A stretch of 64,000 bases of DNA from Candidatus Tayloriibacteriota bacterium (GTDB taxonomy: Bacteria > Patescibacteriota > Minisyncoccia > Phycocordibacterales > CAIRYW01). Below the pieces are notes generated by a model. It made no database searches. It was not told where the DNA came from and was given only the letters and a program-made list of their open reading frames with translations. Numbering within the stretch: position 1 is the first letter of the stretch; every line of letters begins with the position of its first letter. Shown one piece after another: positions 10,614-20,576 of the stretch. The translations under genes and the position numbers were made by a program. The DNA is taken from contig JAQBQZ010000007.1 of the NCBI GenBank assembly GCA_028286725.1, positions 71,262-135,261 of the forward strand, given 5' to 3'.

Positions 10614-11012
10614 TTAATTCTTAATTATTACAGTGTCTGCTTGCGGTCTTATGTGTTTATCGTAAACATCCTTTACTGCATCTATTTGATCAATATACAT
10701 TAAAAATCTAGCATTTTTACTTGTTGCATCTACTTTGTCTATTTCCTGCCTTACCATCCTTAGAGCTTCTTTGTATTCGACTTCTAATTGTTGTCTTTTG
10801 TAATTCGTCTCAGGATTATCATACGGGGTATTGTCGAGCATGTATTTCAATTCATCAACCTTACTCATTGCATCAAATAGTGGCAAAAACTCTGAAAAAT
10901 TTAAGGCGGTCACCTCTCTCTTTCTTCTGATAATTTCATCATTAATTCCTTGGTGTATAAGGTCACTAATTTCTGTCTTGGATAATTCAGGATCTAATAT
11001 CTCCGGATTCAT
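10614..11012 (-). CDS. Hypothetical helical protein
   Basis: 132-aa ORF directly downstream of the pfkB gene on the same strand. Confidence 0.6.
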   Translation of the reverse strand: MNPEILDPELSKTEISDLIHQGINDEIIRRKREVTALNFSEFLPLFDAMSKVDELKYMLDNTPYDNPETNYKRQQLEVEYKEALRMVRQEIDKVDATSKNARFLMYIDQIDAVKDVYDKHIRPQADTVIIKN

Positions 11013-11014
11013 AA

Positions 11015-12016
11015 TTAAATAGTCTTTACCTTGTAGTCTGCTTTTGCTTTATCCAAAAAGAATTGAATCGTTGCCTGATCAAGAAGTCCTTTCTGTGCGC
11101 CGATGCTTTGAACTACAGACATAGAGTTGATTGGTGCCCACGTGAGCGCCTCTTCGACTGTTTTGCCCATTGCGAGTGTTGCAACAAATGTTGATGCGAA
11201 TGCATCTCCAGCTCCTGTACGTTCGTAAGGGGGCTTTGTATCAGGATAGAGAGGCATGTAGAGATTCTTGTCTTCGTATGATGCATATGCACCATTTGGG
11301 CCATCTGTGATGAGTGCGATCTTTGGTCCCAATGCTCGCATACCTGCGAGAAGTTTTTTGATATCTTTTTCTTCAGTCTTTAGAATTCTCTGAGATTCTT
11401 CGAGATTGCAGATACTGACCTCTGTTCGTGCATAAATATCTTTGAGCTCTTCAGTACCGAATTGCATCTGGAATGTACCAGGCTGGAATGCAAGCTTTAT
11501 ATCTGGATTTAGTTTGAGAGCTTGTGCGATCTCTTTGTGGAATTCAAGACTGTCTTGTCCGAGAGATGAAAGATAGATCCATTGTGGATTTTTCATACTA
11601 GGAATATGTCTTTCGAATGTTTCGTGCTTGATGAGAATTGTTCGATCAACATCGTACCAGAGTACATAATGGTAGTTGGTTTTCTTGCCATTGTGGAGTT
11701 TTACGAAATCTGTTGCAACTCCATTGCTTTTGAATGTTTGTACCGCTTCAGCACCATTCATGTCATTTCCAAGATCTGTAATGATCGCAGTTTTGAGTCC
11801 AAGTCGCGCAAAAGCTACCGCAGCGTTCGCACTGTTGCCCACAGCAGGGCAGACTTCAACAAAATCATAAGGAATCTTGTCTCCATATTTCATACAGATT
11901 TCACATTCTGTACTGTTAAGTTTGCAAGTAATATGTGCGTCTTTGAGTCTAATAAAAGCATCGGTGACAGTGTCGCCGATAGCAACGATGTCATATTGTG
12001 GTTTAAAAAATATCAT
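11015..12016 (-). CDS. PfkB/ribokinase-family sugar kinase
   Basis: GNSANAAVAFARLG and RTGAGDAF motifs. Confidence 0.92.
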   Translation of the reverse strand: MIFFKPQYDIVAIGDTVTDAFIRLKDAHITCKLNSTECEICMKYGDKIPYDFVEVCPAVGNSANAAVAFARLGLKTAIITDLGNDMNGAEAVQTFKSNGVATDFVKLHNGKKTNYHYVLWYDVDRTILIKHETFERHIPSMKNPQWIYLSSLGQDSLEFHKEIAQALKLNPDIKLAFQPGTFQMQFGTEELKDIYARTEVSICNLEESQRILKTEEKDIKKLLAGMRALGPKIALITDGPNGAYASYEDKNLYMPLYPDTKPPYERTGAGDAFASTFVATLAMGKTVEEALTWAPINSMSVVQSIGAQKGLLDQATIQFFLDKAKADYKVKTI

Positions 12017-12037
12017 AACAATAATTATATCAAATAA

Positions 12038-12072
12038 TAGTATTTAGTATATGGTATGTAGTATTTAGTATA
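12038..12072. repeat. Degenerate heptamer tandem repeat (5 units)
   Basis: tagtatt tagtata tggtatg tagtatt tagtata. Confidence 0.7.
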
Positions 12073-12082
12073 AAAATTCCCA

Positions 12083-12232
12083 TCATGCACTGTTGCAGAA
12101 TGGGGCTTGAGTACGAAAATACTCAGAGAGTCTGTCGAGACCGAGGTCGATTGTTCCGACGACAATCGCGAGCGGTAAAAGTGCGATATTTAATAGCATT
12201 TGAGTAATGCTTAATTCTGGTTGCGTTTCCAT
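12083..12232 (-). CDS. 49-aa orphan hydrophobic microprotein (cassette-type)
   Basis: METQPELSITQMLLNIALLPLAIVVGTIDLGLDRLSEYFRTQAPFCNSA*; C/A-rich leader; hairpin plus T-run at the 3' end. Confidence 0.45.
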   Translation of the reverse strand: METQPELSITQMLLNIALLPLAIVVGTIDLGLDRLSEYFRTQAPFCNSA

Positions 12233-12310
12233 GGTTAGGGGTGAGGTTGGTTTCTGCATATAATGCTACTCCTCTTTATAAAATCTGCAAATAAGTGATA
12301 TAATCTACGA

Positions 12311-13171
12311 ATGCAAACAAAATCACTAAAACAATACATTATAGAAGCGAAAGAAAAAGGTGTAGCGATCGGACACTTTAATATTTCAAACCTTGAGGCA
12401 TTACATGCAATATTTAATGCAGCAAAAGCGCTAAGCGTTCCAGTCATTATTGGAGTTTCTGAAGGCGAGCGAGATTTCGTCGGTGTTCATGAAGCGGTAG
12501 CACTCGTCAAAACTCTCCGAGAAGAAAACGACTATCCAATATTTTTGAACGCTGATCACACATATTCATTTGACCGAGTAAAAGAAGCGATTGACGCTGG
12601 ATATGACTCAGTTATTTTTGATGGAGCGAAACTAACGCTTGATGAAAACATAGTGATCGCAAAACAGTGTGTAGAATACGCAAAAAATTGCGGACGGGAA
12701 GTGCTCGTCGAAGCTGAGCTCGGATATATTGGACAGTCTTCAAAGATCCTTGACGCAGTGCCAGATGGAGTAGAGCTCACAAGTGTTGCTGATGCAGAAA
12801 AGTTTGTCAAAGAAACTGGTGTAGACCTCTTTGCTCCTGCAGTAGGAAATATTCACGGAATGCTGAAAGATATTCCAGACCCTCGGCTTAATATCGAACG
12901 AGTGGGCGAGATCTCGAAGGCAACAGGAGTACCTCTTGTACTTCACGGAGCATCAGGCAACAGTAAAGAAGACATTCAGGACGCAATCAAAAACGGTGTC
13001 GCAATCGTGCATATCAATACTGAGATTCGTGTAGCATTCCATGATGCGCTCGTAAAAGAAGTACAGGACAATCCAGGTGAAGTGGCTCCATACAAAATGT
13101 TAAAGCCTTCTCTTGAAGCGGTGCAAAAAGTGGTAACAGACAAATTGAAGTTTTTCAATTTCCTCGATTAA
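12311..13171 (+). CDS. fba: Class II fructose-bisphosphate aldolase
   Basis: NADH, DG, VEAELG, GNIHG, LVLHGASG, HINTE motifs. Confidence 0.95.
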   Translation: MQTKSLKQYIIEAKEKGVAIGHFNISNLEALHAIFNAAKALSVPVIIGVSEGERDFVGVHEAVALVKTLREENDYPIFLNADHTYSFDRVKEAIDAGYDSVIFDGAKLTLDENIVIAKQCVEYAKNCGREVLVEAELGYIGQSSKILDAVPDGVELTSVADAEKFVKETGVDLFAPAVGNIHGMLKDIPDPRLNIERVGEISKATGVPLVLHGASGNSKEDIQDAIKNGVAIVHINTEIRVAFHDALVKEVQDNPGEVAPYKMLKPSLEAVQKVVTDKLKFFNFLD

Positions 13172-13204
13172 GCATTCTCCAGAAGTTGAACTTCTGTAAA
13201 ACAT

Positions 13205-14476
13205 ATGAATTTAGAATATTTCAAAAAAAGAAAACTTCCTGACACACCTGGAGTATATTTTTTCTTAAATAGTCAAAAGAAAATACTCTACATAGGTAAG
13301 GCAACATCGCTCTCTGACCGAGTGCGAAGCTATTTCTCGCCTGATCTTATCGACACTCGAGGCAAGCTCCTGGTCAAAATGGTGGAAGAGGCGACACAAA
13401 TTGATTTTCGAGAGACAGGGTCGGTGCTCGAAGCACTTCTTCTTGAAGCGGACCTCATCAAGAAATTTAAGCCAACTTTTAATACAAAAGAGAAAGACGA
13501 CAAAAGCTTTAACTGTGTTGTCATCACCAAAGAAGATTTCCCTCGGATCATGATCATCCGAAAGAGAGATGTACTTCAGATCCAGAATGTCAAAAATGGA
13601 GGAGAAGTAAATCCAAAATATAAAAACATAAAGATCAAAAAAATATTTGGACCATTTTTAAATGGAATGCAGCTCAAAGAAGCTCTCAAAATCATGAGAA
13701 AAATATTCCCATATCGAGATGAGAAATGCCATCTAAATTCAAAGCGACCATGTTTTAACTATTCAATCGGACTATGTCCTGGGACTTGTATTGGTGCGAT
13801 AGATAAACAGTCTTACGCGATACGAATAAAGAGAATCGAGAAATTCCTTTCAGGAAATATTCGAGCTGTAGTCAAAGATCTTGAAAATGATATGACGGAC
13901 ATGGCAAAAGAGCAGAAATTTGAAGCCGCGAAAAGCATTCGAGATAAAATATACGCGCTTCAGCATATCAACGATGTCTCACTCATCAAAGAAGATTCGC
14001 TTCTTCGTGATAATGGAGGTCTTGGACTCGGTTTTCGTATAGAGTCATATGATATTGCGCATATGTCAGGCAAAAACATGGTGGGAGTAATGACAGTTGT
14101 CACAAATGGTGTGGCAGACAAAAACGAATATCGAAAATTCAAAATCAAAACAGTGGAAAGTTCAAATGACACAAAAGCCCTCGGAGAAGTGCTCGAACGA
14201 CGTCTCACACATCCAGAGTGGCAGATGCCAAATCTGATTGTAGTAGACGGAGGAGTCGCACAATTGAATGCGATGAATACAATTATCGACAAGGCAAATC
14301 TCTCAATCCCAATAGTTTCGGTTCTTAAAGATGAACGACATCAACCAAAAGACGTGCTCGGAGACCAGACACTCGGAATGAAATATCGAAAAGAAATATT
14401 GCTTTCAAATGCAGAGGCACACAGATTCGCAATCGGGTATCACAAAAAAATGCGAAGAAAGAATTTTTTGGTATAA
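13205..14476 (+). CDS. uvrC: UvrC-like excinuclease (GIY-YIG, UVR, RNase H-like; lacks the HhH tail)
   Basis: LPDTPGVY...LYIGKA, RIESYDIAH, PNLIVVDGG, AHRFAI. Confidence 0.88.
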   Translation: MNLEYFKKRKLPDTPGVYFFLNSQKKILYIGKATSLSDRVRSYFSPDLIDTRGKLLVKMVEEATQIDFRETGSVLEALLLEADLIKKFKPTFNTKEKDDKSFNCVVITKEDFPRIMIIRKRDVLQIQNVKNGGEVNPKYKNIKIKKIFGPFLNGMQLKEALKIMRKIFPYRDEKCHLNSKRPCFNYSIGLCPGTCIGAIDKQSYAIRIKRIEKFLSGNIRAVVKDLENDMTDMAKEQKFEAAKSIRDKIYALQHINDVSLIKEDSLLRDNGGLGLGFRIESYDIAHMSGKNMVGVMTVVTNGVADKNEYRKFKIKTVESSNDTKALGEVLERRLTHPEWQMPNLIVVDGGVAQLNAMNTIIDKANLSIPIVSVLKDERHQPKDVLGDQTLGMKYRKEILLSNAEAHRFAIGYHKKMRRKNFLV

Positions 14477-14484
14477 TATATTTA

Positions 14485-15471
14485 ATGAAAACTCAAAAGA
14501 AAATAAAAGTAGCAGTGCTTCGCGGAGGACCATCAAGCGAATATGATGTTTCGCTCAAAACGGGTGCAGGTGTACTCCAAAACCTTGGAGAAAAATACGA
14601 AGCAATAGATATTCTTATCGACAAAAAGGGTGTCTGGCATATTCATGGTGTACCTTTTGATCCAAAACACTTGGACAAAAGAGTTGATGTTGCATTCATT
14701 GCGATGCATGGAGAATATGGTGAAGATGGAACAGTCCAGAGACTCCTTGAACAGCTTCATGTACCATTTACAGGATCAGGATCACTCGCATCAGCGATCG
14801 GCATGAACAAAGTCTTGGCCAAAAAACATTTCATAAATGCAGGCATCAAAACTCCGGTACATAGAGTTATTTTGAAAAAAGATTATAACGAAGATACTGC
14901 GAAAGATCTTTGGACTACATTTATGCAACCCTCTGTTGTAAAACCTGTAAATGCTGGCTCCTCAGTTGGGGTTACCCTTGCATATACACTTTCTGATATA
15001 CAAGAAGGGTTGGAAAAAGCTTTTAAAATTAGTGACAAAGTCTTAATTGAAGAGTTGATAAAAGGTAAAGAGGCGACTTGCGGCGTTTTGGAAGGTTTTA
15101 GAGATAAAGATCACTACGCACTCATGACTGTTGAAATCGTACCTCAAAAGCATCAGAAATTTTTTGATTATGAGTCAAAATACAGTAGCGAAAGTGGAGC
15201 GATTGAGATCTGTCCTGGAAACTTCACAAAAGCCGAGACAGAAGAAATACAACGAATGGCTGTGGAGATGCATAAATCTATTAACGCTGGTCAGTACTCG
15301 CGCTCCGATTTCATTGTCCATCCTAAAAGAGGGGTCTATGCGCTTGAAATCAACACCCTTCCAGGTCTTACTCCTAACTCACTTTTACCTAAAGAAATGC
15401 AGGCTGTAGGGTCTTCATATCCTGAACTCCTCGACCACTTGATCACACTTGCACTAAAGCCTAAAAAATAG
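14485..15471 (+). CDS. ddl: D-alanine--D-alanine ligase
   Basis: GGPSSEYDVS, MHGEYGEDG, KPVNAGSSVG, FFDYESKY, EINTLPG. Confidence 0.96.
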   Translation: MKTQKKIKVAVLRGGPSSEYDVSLKTGAGVLQNLGEKYEAIDILIDKKGVWHIHGVPFDPKHLDKRVDVAFIAMHGEYGEDGTVQRLLEQLHVPFTGSGSLASAIGMNKVLAKKHFINAGIKTPVHRVILKKDYNEDTAKDLWTTFMQPSVVKPVNAGSSVGVTLAYTLSDIQEGLEKAFKISDKVLIEELIKGKEATCGVLEGFRDKDHYALMTVEIVPQKHQKFFDYESKYSSESGAIEICPGNFTKAETEEIQRMAVEMHKSINAGQYSRSDFIVHPKRGVYALEINTLPGLTPNSLLPKEMQAVGSSYPELLDHLITLALKPKK

Positions 15472-15530
15472 TATATTTTTATGCACTTAAGCCCATAAAG
15501 CTTAGTTTGATAGAGAAGTCTGTTGATGAT

Positions 15531-15666
15531 GGGCCCTTAGCTTAGTTGGTGGAGTGAGCTTGGGTAGGGACCCCGAGCGCAAGGTCGGAAGCACGAAGGT
15601 GCTGAGACGGGGTCGCGAAAATTTTCAGTAGAAAATTATTTGTGACACTCATTTGCACAAATGAGG
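15531..15666 (+). pseudogene. Partial tRNA-Ala copy interrupted by a 91-nt structured insert
   Basis: First 20 nt identical to tRNA-Ala; insert at 15557-15647; then ctcatttgca(caa)atgagg anticodon arm; no T arm. Confidence 0.8.
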
Positions 15667-15713
15667 CGAGAAGGAAGGTTTGGTTGAAGTGAAATAGTTA
15701 GACAATAAAATAT

Positions 15714-15786
15714 GGGCCCTTAGCTTAGTTGGTAGAGCGCCTCATTTGCAATGAGGAGGTCAGCGGTTCGAATCCGCTAGGGTCCA
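15714..15786 (+). tRNA. tRNA-Ala(TGC)
   Basis: Acceptor GGGCCCT/AGGGTCC with G3:U70; anticodon arm cctca-tt-TGC-aa-tgagg; GTTCGAATC T loop. Confidence 0.97.
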
Positions 15787-17394
15787 CAACAATGTACTTT
15801 TAGGCAAGATTTCTACATTTTGTTTATAAGTACCAATACATTTCACAGGTTCTAACTGTTCGTTAGATAACTTGTACTGAGTAGCCACTTCTGGAATCAA
15901 CAGGAGTGGCTTTTCAGTTTCAATTATTAGGATATTGTCTTTAAGAATATGATTGTGTCCTAAGGCAGTTAAAATTTGTTTTCTTTTATATAAGTCTCCA
16001 GAATTAAATTCAGCATGAGCCTTCTCAGCAAAGGTAAGTGTCTGAGCAACAGATTTAAGCCAGTCATCTACACGCTTGTCCACACCGTCAAGGAGAGATT
16101 TTAGTATATGTTTCTCCTCTTCGAGCACTGTCTTTCTCGCTGCAAACTCCTCACCATCTATTTCCTTGTTTATTCTCATCTCTGTAAGGGAATCAAGCTT
16201 CTTTATGCACTGGTCATAATCACGCTGTTGAGTATAAAGAATCTTATTACGGTCATTCTTCTCAGCTTCGTGTTGTGTTTTCAATTCTTCTATTGCCCAA
16301 GTATGGAACTCTGGGCTTATTTCAATACTGGATAGAAAATGCTCAATCTGTTTTTCCAGAACCTCTTCTTTAATAGATTTTTGTGTACAATTCGGATTTA
16401 CTCGACCAGTACAATGATAATAGATATATGAGTGTGTGTTCCCATTCTTCTGACGCTTTGTTTTTTGTTCACATGTGATTCTGGCACCACATTCTCCACA
16501 TTTCATTAATCCTGTATATGCAAAGTTATGATCGTGAGGTCTAGTTTGACCAGCTCTTCCTAAAAAGTATTGAATCTTATCAAACTCTTGCTTTGTAATC
16601 ATTGGAGTATGTTTTCCATGTGTGAGTTCTCCAGTTTTTTGTGGGTATCGAAACCATCCATAATAGAAAGGATTAATGAGTAGTGCATACATATTGGTCT
16701 TGCACATTTTATTTCCTTTTCTGGTAGTAAGACGGAGTTCGTCATTTGCAAATTTTAAAATTTGGTGAACATTATATTGACCAGTTAGCATGTGTTCGAA
16801 TACTTTTCTGACAAGCAAGAATCGTTCTGTATCAATCAGTATTTCTTCATTCTTTCCTTTATCTCTGTATTTACTATTCTTGTATCCTAATGGAGCATTG
16901 CCAGGTCTAAATCCTCTGGCAATAGATTGGTTTTGTCCTCGCTTGATATGTTTCTTTAAGTCTCTCGTATACTGTGTTGATGTACCGAATTCAACTGCCC
17001 AGAGAAGAGCATGATCGTCTGGATACCAATCCCTATCAATTGATCTAATATTCTTTATTACACTTTTCTGTAGATAGTGAGTTATAGTTCCTGCGTCTAT
17101 TGAATTACGAGCCAGTCTATCTACTTTAAAACATAGAATTGCATTTGCTTTTCCAGACTTGATGTATTCCATCATTTTTGTAAATTCAGGTCTTTTATCT
17201 GGCTCACTTGCTGATACTGTTTCATTGAATTCCTGTACTACCGTTAATCCTTCATTTTTTGCAATTGCTCTCACTTCTGTCTTCTGTGATTCAATTGATG
17301 GTACACCATTATCTTCCTCATTTTTATTTGCACCAATTGATCTGCGAGCATAGAGGATGTATTTCAATTTTTTATTTTCTTCTTCGTGACGCAT
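15760..17394 (-). CDS. Large serine recombinase (integrase)
   Basis: YARRS catalytic motif, DRLARN, recombinase domain, CGECG...YYHC zinc ribbon, coiled coil. Confidence 0.95.
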   Translation of the reverse strand: MRHEEENKKLKYILYARRSIGANKNEEDNGVPSIESQKTEVRAIAKNEGLTVVQEFNETVSASEPDKRPEFTKMMEYIKSGKANAILCFKVDRLARNSIDAGTITHYLQKSVIKNIRSIDRDWYPDDHALLWAVEFGTSTQYTRDLKKHIKRGQNQSIARGFRPGNAPLGYKNSKYRDKGKNEEILIDTERFLLVRKVFEHMLTGQYNVHQILKFANDELRLTTRKGNKMCKTNMYALLINPFYYGWFRYPQKTGELTHGKHTPMITKQEFDKIQYFLGRAGQTRPHDHNFAYTGLMKCGECGARITCEQKTKRQKNGNTHSYIYYHCTGRVNPNCTQKSIKEEVLEKQIEHFLSSIEISPEFHTWAIEELKTQHEAEKNDRNKILYTQQRDYDQCIKKLDSLTEMRINKEIDGEEFAARKTVLEEEKHILKSLLDGVDKRVDDWLKSVAQTLTFAEKAHAEFNSGDLYKRKQILTALGHNHILKDNILIIETEKPLLLIPEVATQYKLSNEQLEPVKCIGTYKQNVEILPKSTLLWTLADSNR

Positions 17395-17581
17395 ATAAGT
17401 ATTTGATTAGTTCTCTATCGTCTGTATTTTTGAGTTCCAGTATTTTCAAGTCCATGAGGGAGTTTATTAGTTTATCCTTTGACCATGAATTGATTTCGAT
17501 GATGTATCTTGCGAGTACTGTCTCTCGAATTTCTGTGAAATCTTTTTTACTTCTTATAGTTTTGTTTAATAAATTATTCAT
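17372..17581 (-). CDS. Small hypothetical protein (possible directionality factor or regulator)
   Basis: 69-aa ORF overlapping the recombinase start; function inferred from position only. Confidence 0.5.
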   Translation of the reverse strand: MNNLLNKTIRSKKDFTEIRETVLARYIIEINSWSKDKLINSLMDLKILELKNTDDRELIKYLYASRRRK

Positions 17582-17595
17582 GATTTTTATAGATT

Positions 17596-17629
17596 CTAAT
17601 AATATGGCTCCATGGAGCCATATTATTAG
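17596..17629. repeat. Perfect 34-bp loopless palindrome
   Basis: ctaataatatggctcca|tggagccatattattag. Confidence 0.9.
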
Positions 17630-17658
17630 GTAGTTCCACCTAAGTACAGGTAGCCTGT

Positions 17659-19419
17659 CTACAACTCTTCTCCCTCGATTTGTTCGAGAGGGATAAAGTA
17701 TTTTTTCTTTTTACCTTCTTTTTCGGAGTGGACAGTAAGACTGTCCTCAAGTTCACGGATTGCTTTCAAAATGTTTGAGTCACTGATTTTCATTTCAGAT
17801 TTCACTGCTGGAATAATCTCACTTGCAAACATCTTGTCGTTTTCTAGTACACCCATAATTATTTCCTTAACTTCATCCTTCTTGAGTTTGTACGCATCTG
17901 CGTCACCAACATACACAACATCGATTTTTTCTGATTCACCAGTCTTGTCTGATTTGATGAGTACATTAAATGATGGTAATCGAGGACCTCGTCTTGATTT
18001 ATCGTGATTAATAAGTAGTTCAATTCCAGACTCGTCTTCTTTCTGCTTATCTACGGAGATATGTGAATCGAGTCTTGCTGAAAGTGCAGATGATCCTCGC
18101 AGATTCTGTCCTGCTCCACTTTTTCTGAATCCGTTATCTTTCCTGTGATGATGAACGGCGAGTACCGTTGCTCCAGCTTGATTAAATCGCTGTAATTGTG
18201 TCAGTACTTTTTGAACTTCGTCTGCTGAGTTCTCGGTCGCACTATGGATTGCTGCGAAAGGATCAATTATTATGAACTTAATATCCTTGTCTCTTACAAT
18301 GTTGAGAAGGGTACTCATCTTCACTTCGTCATCAATTCTTACTGATTGTTGAATCGAGAAATATATTGGAAGTTTTGATTCCGAATTCAACATCTTGAGT
18401 CTTCTTTGAAGTTCCGTGTCTCCGTTTTCTTCGTCAATAATTAAGACGGAGCCTTGTGTTGTTTCAAACTTATCCCAAAGTCTTTTACCTGATGCAACTG
18501 CTTCTGCCATACTAAGCATTATCCAGCTTTTTCCTGAGCCAGGATGTCCTGAGATAACAGATATTCCTTTTTGTGGAATCATCTTTTCTATGATGTATGT
18601 ATTTTGTGTAGTAGGAATTCTTAGGAGATCATTTAGTGAAAGGATGGTGATTTTATTGTCTGGACTAAGTCCTACTCGATTTGACTGTTCTTTCTTTGCT
18701 ATACCATTATAAATTTCATACATTTCTTGATCTGGAAGAGGAGGATTATTCCTCTCATTCCAACCCATGAATGCTGGCAATACAGCGTCATCCCATAATG
18801 TTTCAGGAATATATCGTAAGAGTTTACCAACAATTTGTACTGCTGTGTTATGTCTCTCACCCTCTTCTGCTCCTTTGAATAATATTTCCCAATCTGTTTC
18901 TGTTGCTTTCTTTTCTTTACCTGTCTCTAAAAGCCATTGTGGAAAATCTGCTAATTCTTCTTCATCTGATGGAGCTTTCAGCCATTTATATTTATTTCCA
19001 GACTCATGATGTGAGGAAGGTGCCACGATGTATCCTCCGTCTGCTTTAACATCTCCAATTATTCCTTGCTGCCGAAGATTCATACACTTTATCTCATCAA
19101 TATCTTTAGGATATTTGAAGTAATAATGTCTACCTCCTCCACCAGATTGAACTGTGGCTGTATCTGGAATATCTAGCAGTGTATGGTCTTGTTCCTTTTC
19201 AATATCCAATACAGCCAAATCAGACAAGAACCCTGTCATAATTCCTATACCTGTCACTTTATCTTTGCACCCCTCGAAGAGTAGTTTTACTTCATCTTTT
19301 GTCATGTATCTTTTCTGGTACTCTTTCCAAGAGACTAAAGCTCGTTTACCTTCTAATGGAATAACTGACCATCCCATATCTACATACTCGAACGCTTCTT
19401 TTAATAGTTCATCAAACAT
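17659..19419 (-). CDS. Bifunctional primase-polymerase (Prim-Pol) + PriCT + RepA/AAA_25-type helicase
   Basis: GWSVIPL, LAVLDIE, SGGGGRHYYF, GYIVAPSSH, GERHN, Walker A GHPGSGKS, IIIDP, HHHRK; probable start at ATG 19419. Confidence 0.9.
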   Translation of the reverse strand: MFDELLKEAFEYVDMGWSVIPLEGKRALVSWKEYQKRYMTKDEVKLLFEGCKDKVTGIGIMTGFLSDLAVLDIEKEQDHTLLDIPDTATVQSGGGGRHYYFKYPKDIDEIKCMNLRQQGIIGDVKADGGYIVAPSSHHESGNKYKWLKAPSDEEELADFPQWLLETGKEKKATETDWEILFKGAEEGERHNTAVQIVGKLLRYIPETLWDDAVLPAFMGWNERNNPPLPDQEMYEIYNGIAKKEQSNRVGLSPDNKITILSLNDLLRIPTTQNTYIIEKMIPQKGISVISGHPGSGKSWIMLSMAEAVASGKRLWDKFETTQGSVLIIDEENGDTELQRRLKMLNSESKLPIYFSIQQSVRIDDEVKMSTLLNIVRDKDIKFIIIDPFAAIHSATENSADEVQKVLTQLQRFNQAGATVLAVHHHRKDNGFRKSGAGQNLRGSSALSARLDSHISVDKQKEDESGIELLINHDKSRRGPRLPSFNVLIKSDKTGESEKIDVVYVGDADAYKLKKDEVKEIIMGVLENDKMFASEIIPAVKSEMKISDSNILKAIRELEDSLTVHSEKEGKKKKYFIPLEQIEGEEL

Positions 19420-19429
19420 ATATTTATAA

Positions 19430-19612
19430 TTACTTTGTAATTTCCTCTGATTTTGATTCATTGGAATTCTCAAGTAATGCATGTCCGTAAATCGCCAGAT
19501 AGAGATTAATAAGCTGAGCTGATTTGCTCGCTGCTTCTTCTTCTGTTAGCTCGACCCCGAATTGCTTAGAATACAATTCAGTAAATTTTTTAAGAGATTT
19601 TTTGGAGATCAT
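19430..19612 (-). CDS. Small hypothetical protein upstream of primase
   Basis: 60 aa MISKKSLKKFTELYSKQFGVELTEEEA...; aagga RBS upstream. Confidence 0.7.
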   Translation of the reverse strand: MISKKSLKKFTELYSKQFGVELTEEEAASKSAQLINLYLAIYGHALLENSNESKSEEITK

Positions 19613-19699
19613 TTCCTTGAAATAAAAAACCGAAGCTTTTTATAGCTCCGATTGTATTCAAGTGACCGTAGACTCACGGTAGACTAAAAGTGACTCACC

Positions 19700-20419
19700 T
19701 CATTTGATCCTCAATATTGAATTGTTGTGTGCTACAAAATAGCCCTCAATTTGAAACTCAACTTTTATTTTTTCTGTCAATCTGCGTCGTGTATCCTTGA
19801 TTGCTTGCCTATCTTTTTTAACAGAATTAGGACTTTTCGTGCCATGTATTTCATCATTTATTAAATCCCAACTGACCAATTCATTAGGGGAAAATCGAAA
19901 CATGACTCGGCAAAAGCACTGTTCAATAGTGCCATGTTCTAACTCAATAGATTTGTCTCCACAAACTAATCGAGGTATTTGATTCGTTTCTTCAAACTTA
20001 ATAGGTTCTGTGTCATAAATTGCCACATTGTCTGAACAATAGTTTTTTCGGAAGTTTCTTATAAAATCTATGTCTTTGATTCTTAGATACCAGTTCTCCT
20101 CGTTCACATCTATTTCAGAGGAAGTATCTGAGTTGTGAGTATTGAAAATACTCTTTCCATTTTCTATTTTGAGTATCTCATCTTGATTGAGGAATTGGAG
20201 TACATCTTCCTGTGTCATATATTGTTTGAATTTACCAAAATGCTCTTGCATCTCTGGTGAATGATAGAATTTGTCAGTACGAGAATTTGTTTTGATAACA
20301 ACATAATCCTCAGCAAAAGCTCTTTTGCTGTCAAAAGGAAATTTCTTCTCGTATTCTGTTTGAATTTTCTCCAGAAAACTTGCTATAAACTCATCAATTT
20401 CAATAGGGGAGTTTTTCAT
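19700..20419 (-). CDS. Hypothetical protein with possible C-terminal winged-helix domain
   Basis: C-terminal PNELVSWDLINDEIHG...IKDTRRRLTEKI resembles an OmpR-type wHTH. Confidence 0.55.
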   Translation of the reverse strand: MKNSPIEIDEFIASFLEKIQTEYEKKFPFDSKRAFAEDYVVIKTNSRTDKFYHSPEMQEHFGKFKQYMTQEDVLQFLNQDEILKIENGKSIFNTHNSDTSSEIDVNEENWYLRIKDIDFIRNFRKNYCSDNVAIYDTEPIKFEETNQIPRLVCGDKSIELEHGTIEQCFCRVMFRFSPNELVSWDLINDEIHGTKSPNSVKKDRQAIKDTRRRLTEKIKVEFQIEGYFVAHNNSILRIK

Positions 20420-20576
20420 ACCCTAACTCTACTCAATTTCAACATATTTTCAAGTGACCGTTTCAAAAAGTTAAAATGTTAAGTATATATACTATCTAAC
20501 AAGTTACTAAGTTCTCCTGTCATTCTGTGTGAGGGGATTTAAGGAAGGGGTGGATAAAATCCTTACTTACCCAACA

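Noticed and set aside
15531-15666. Intron-containing functional tRNA-Ala
   Set aside because: The T arm and acceptor 3' strand are missing, the anticodon loop has three extra nucleotides, and the insert is too short for a self-splicing intron.
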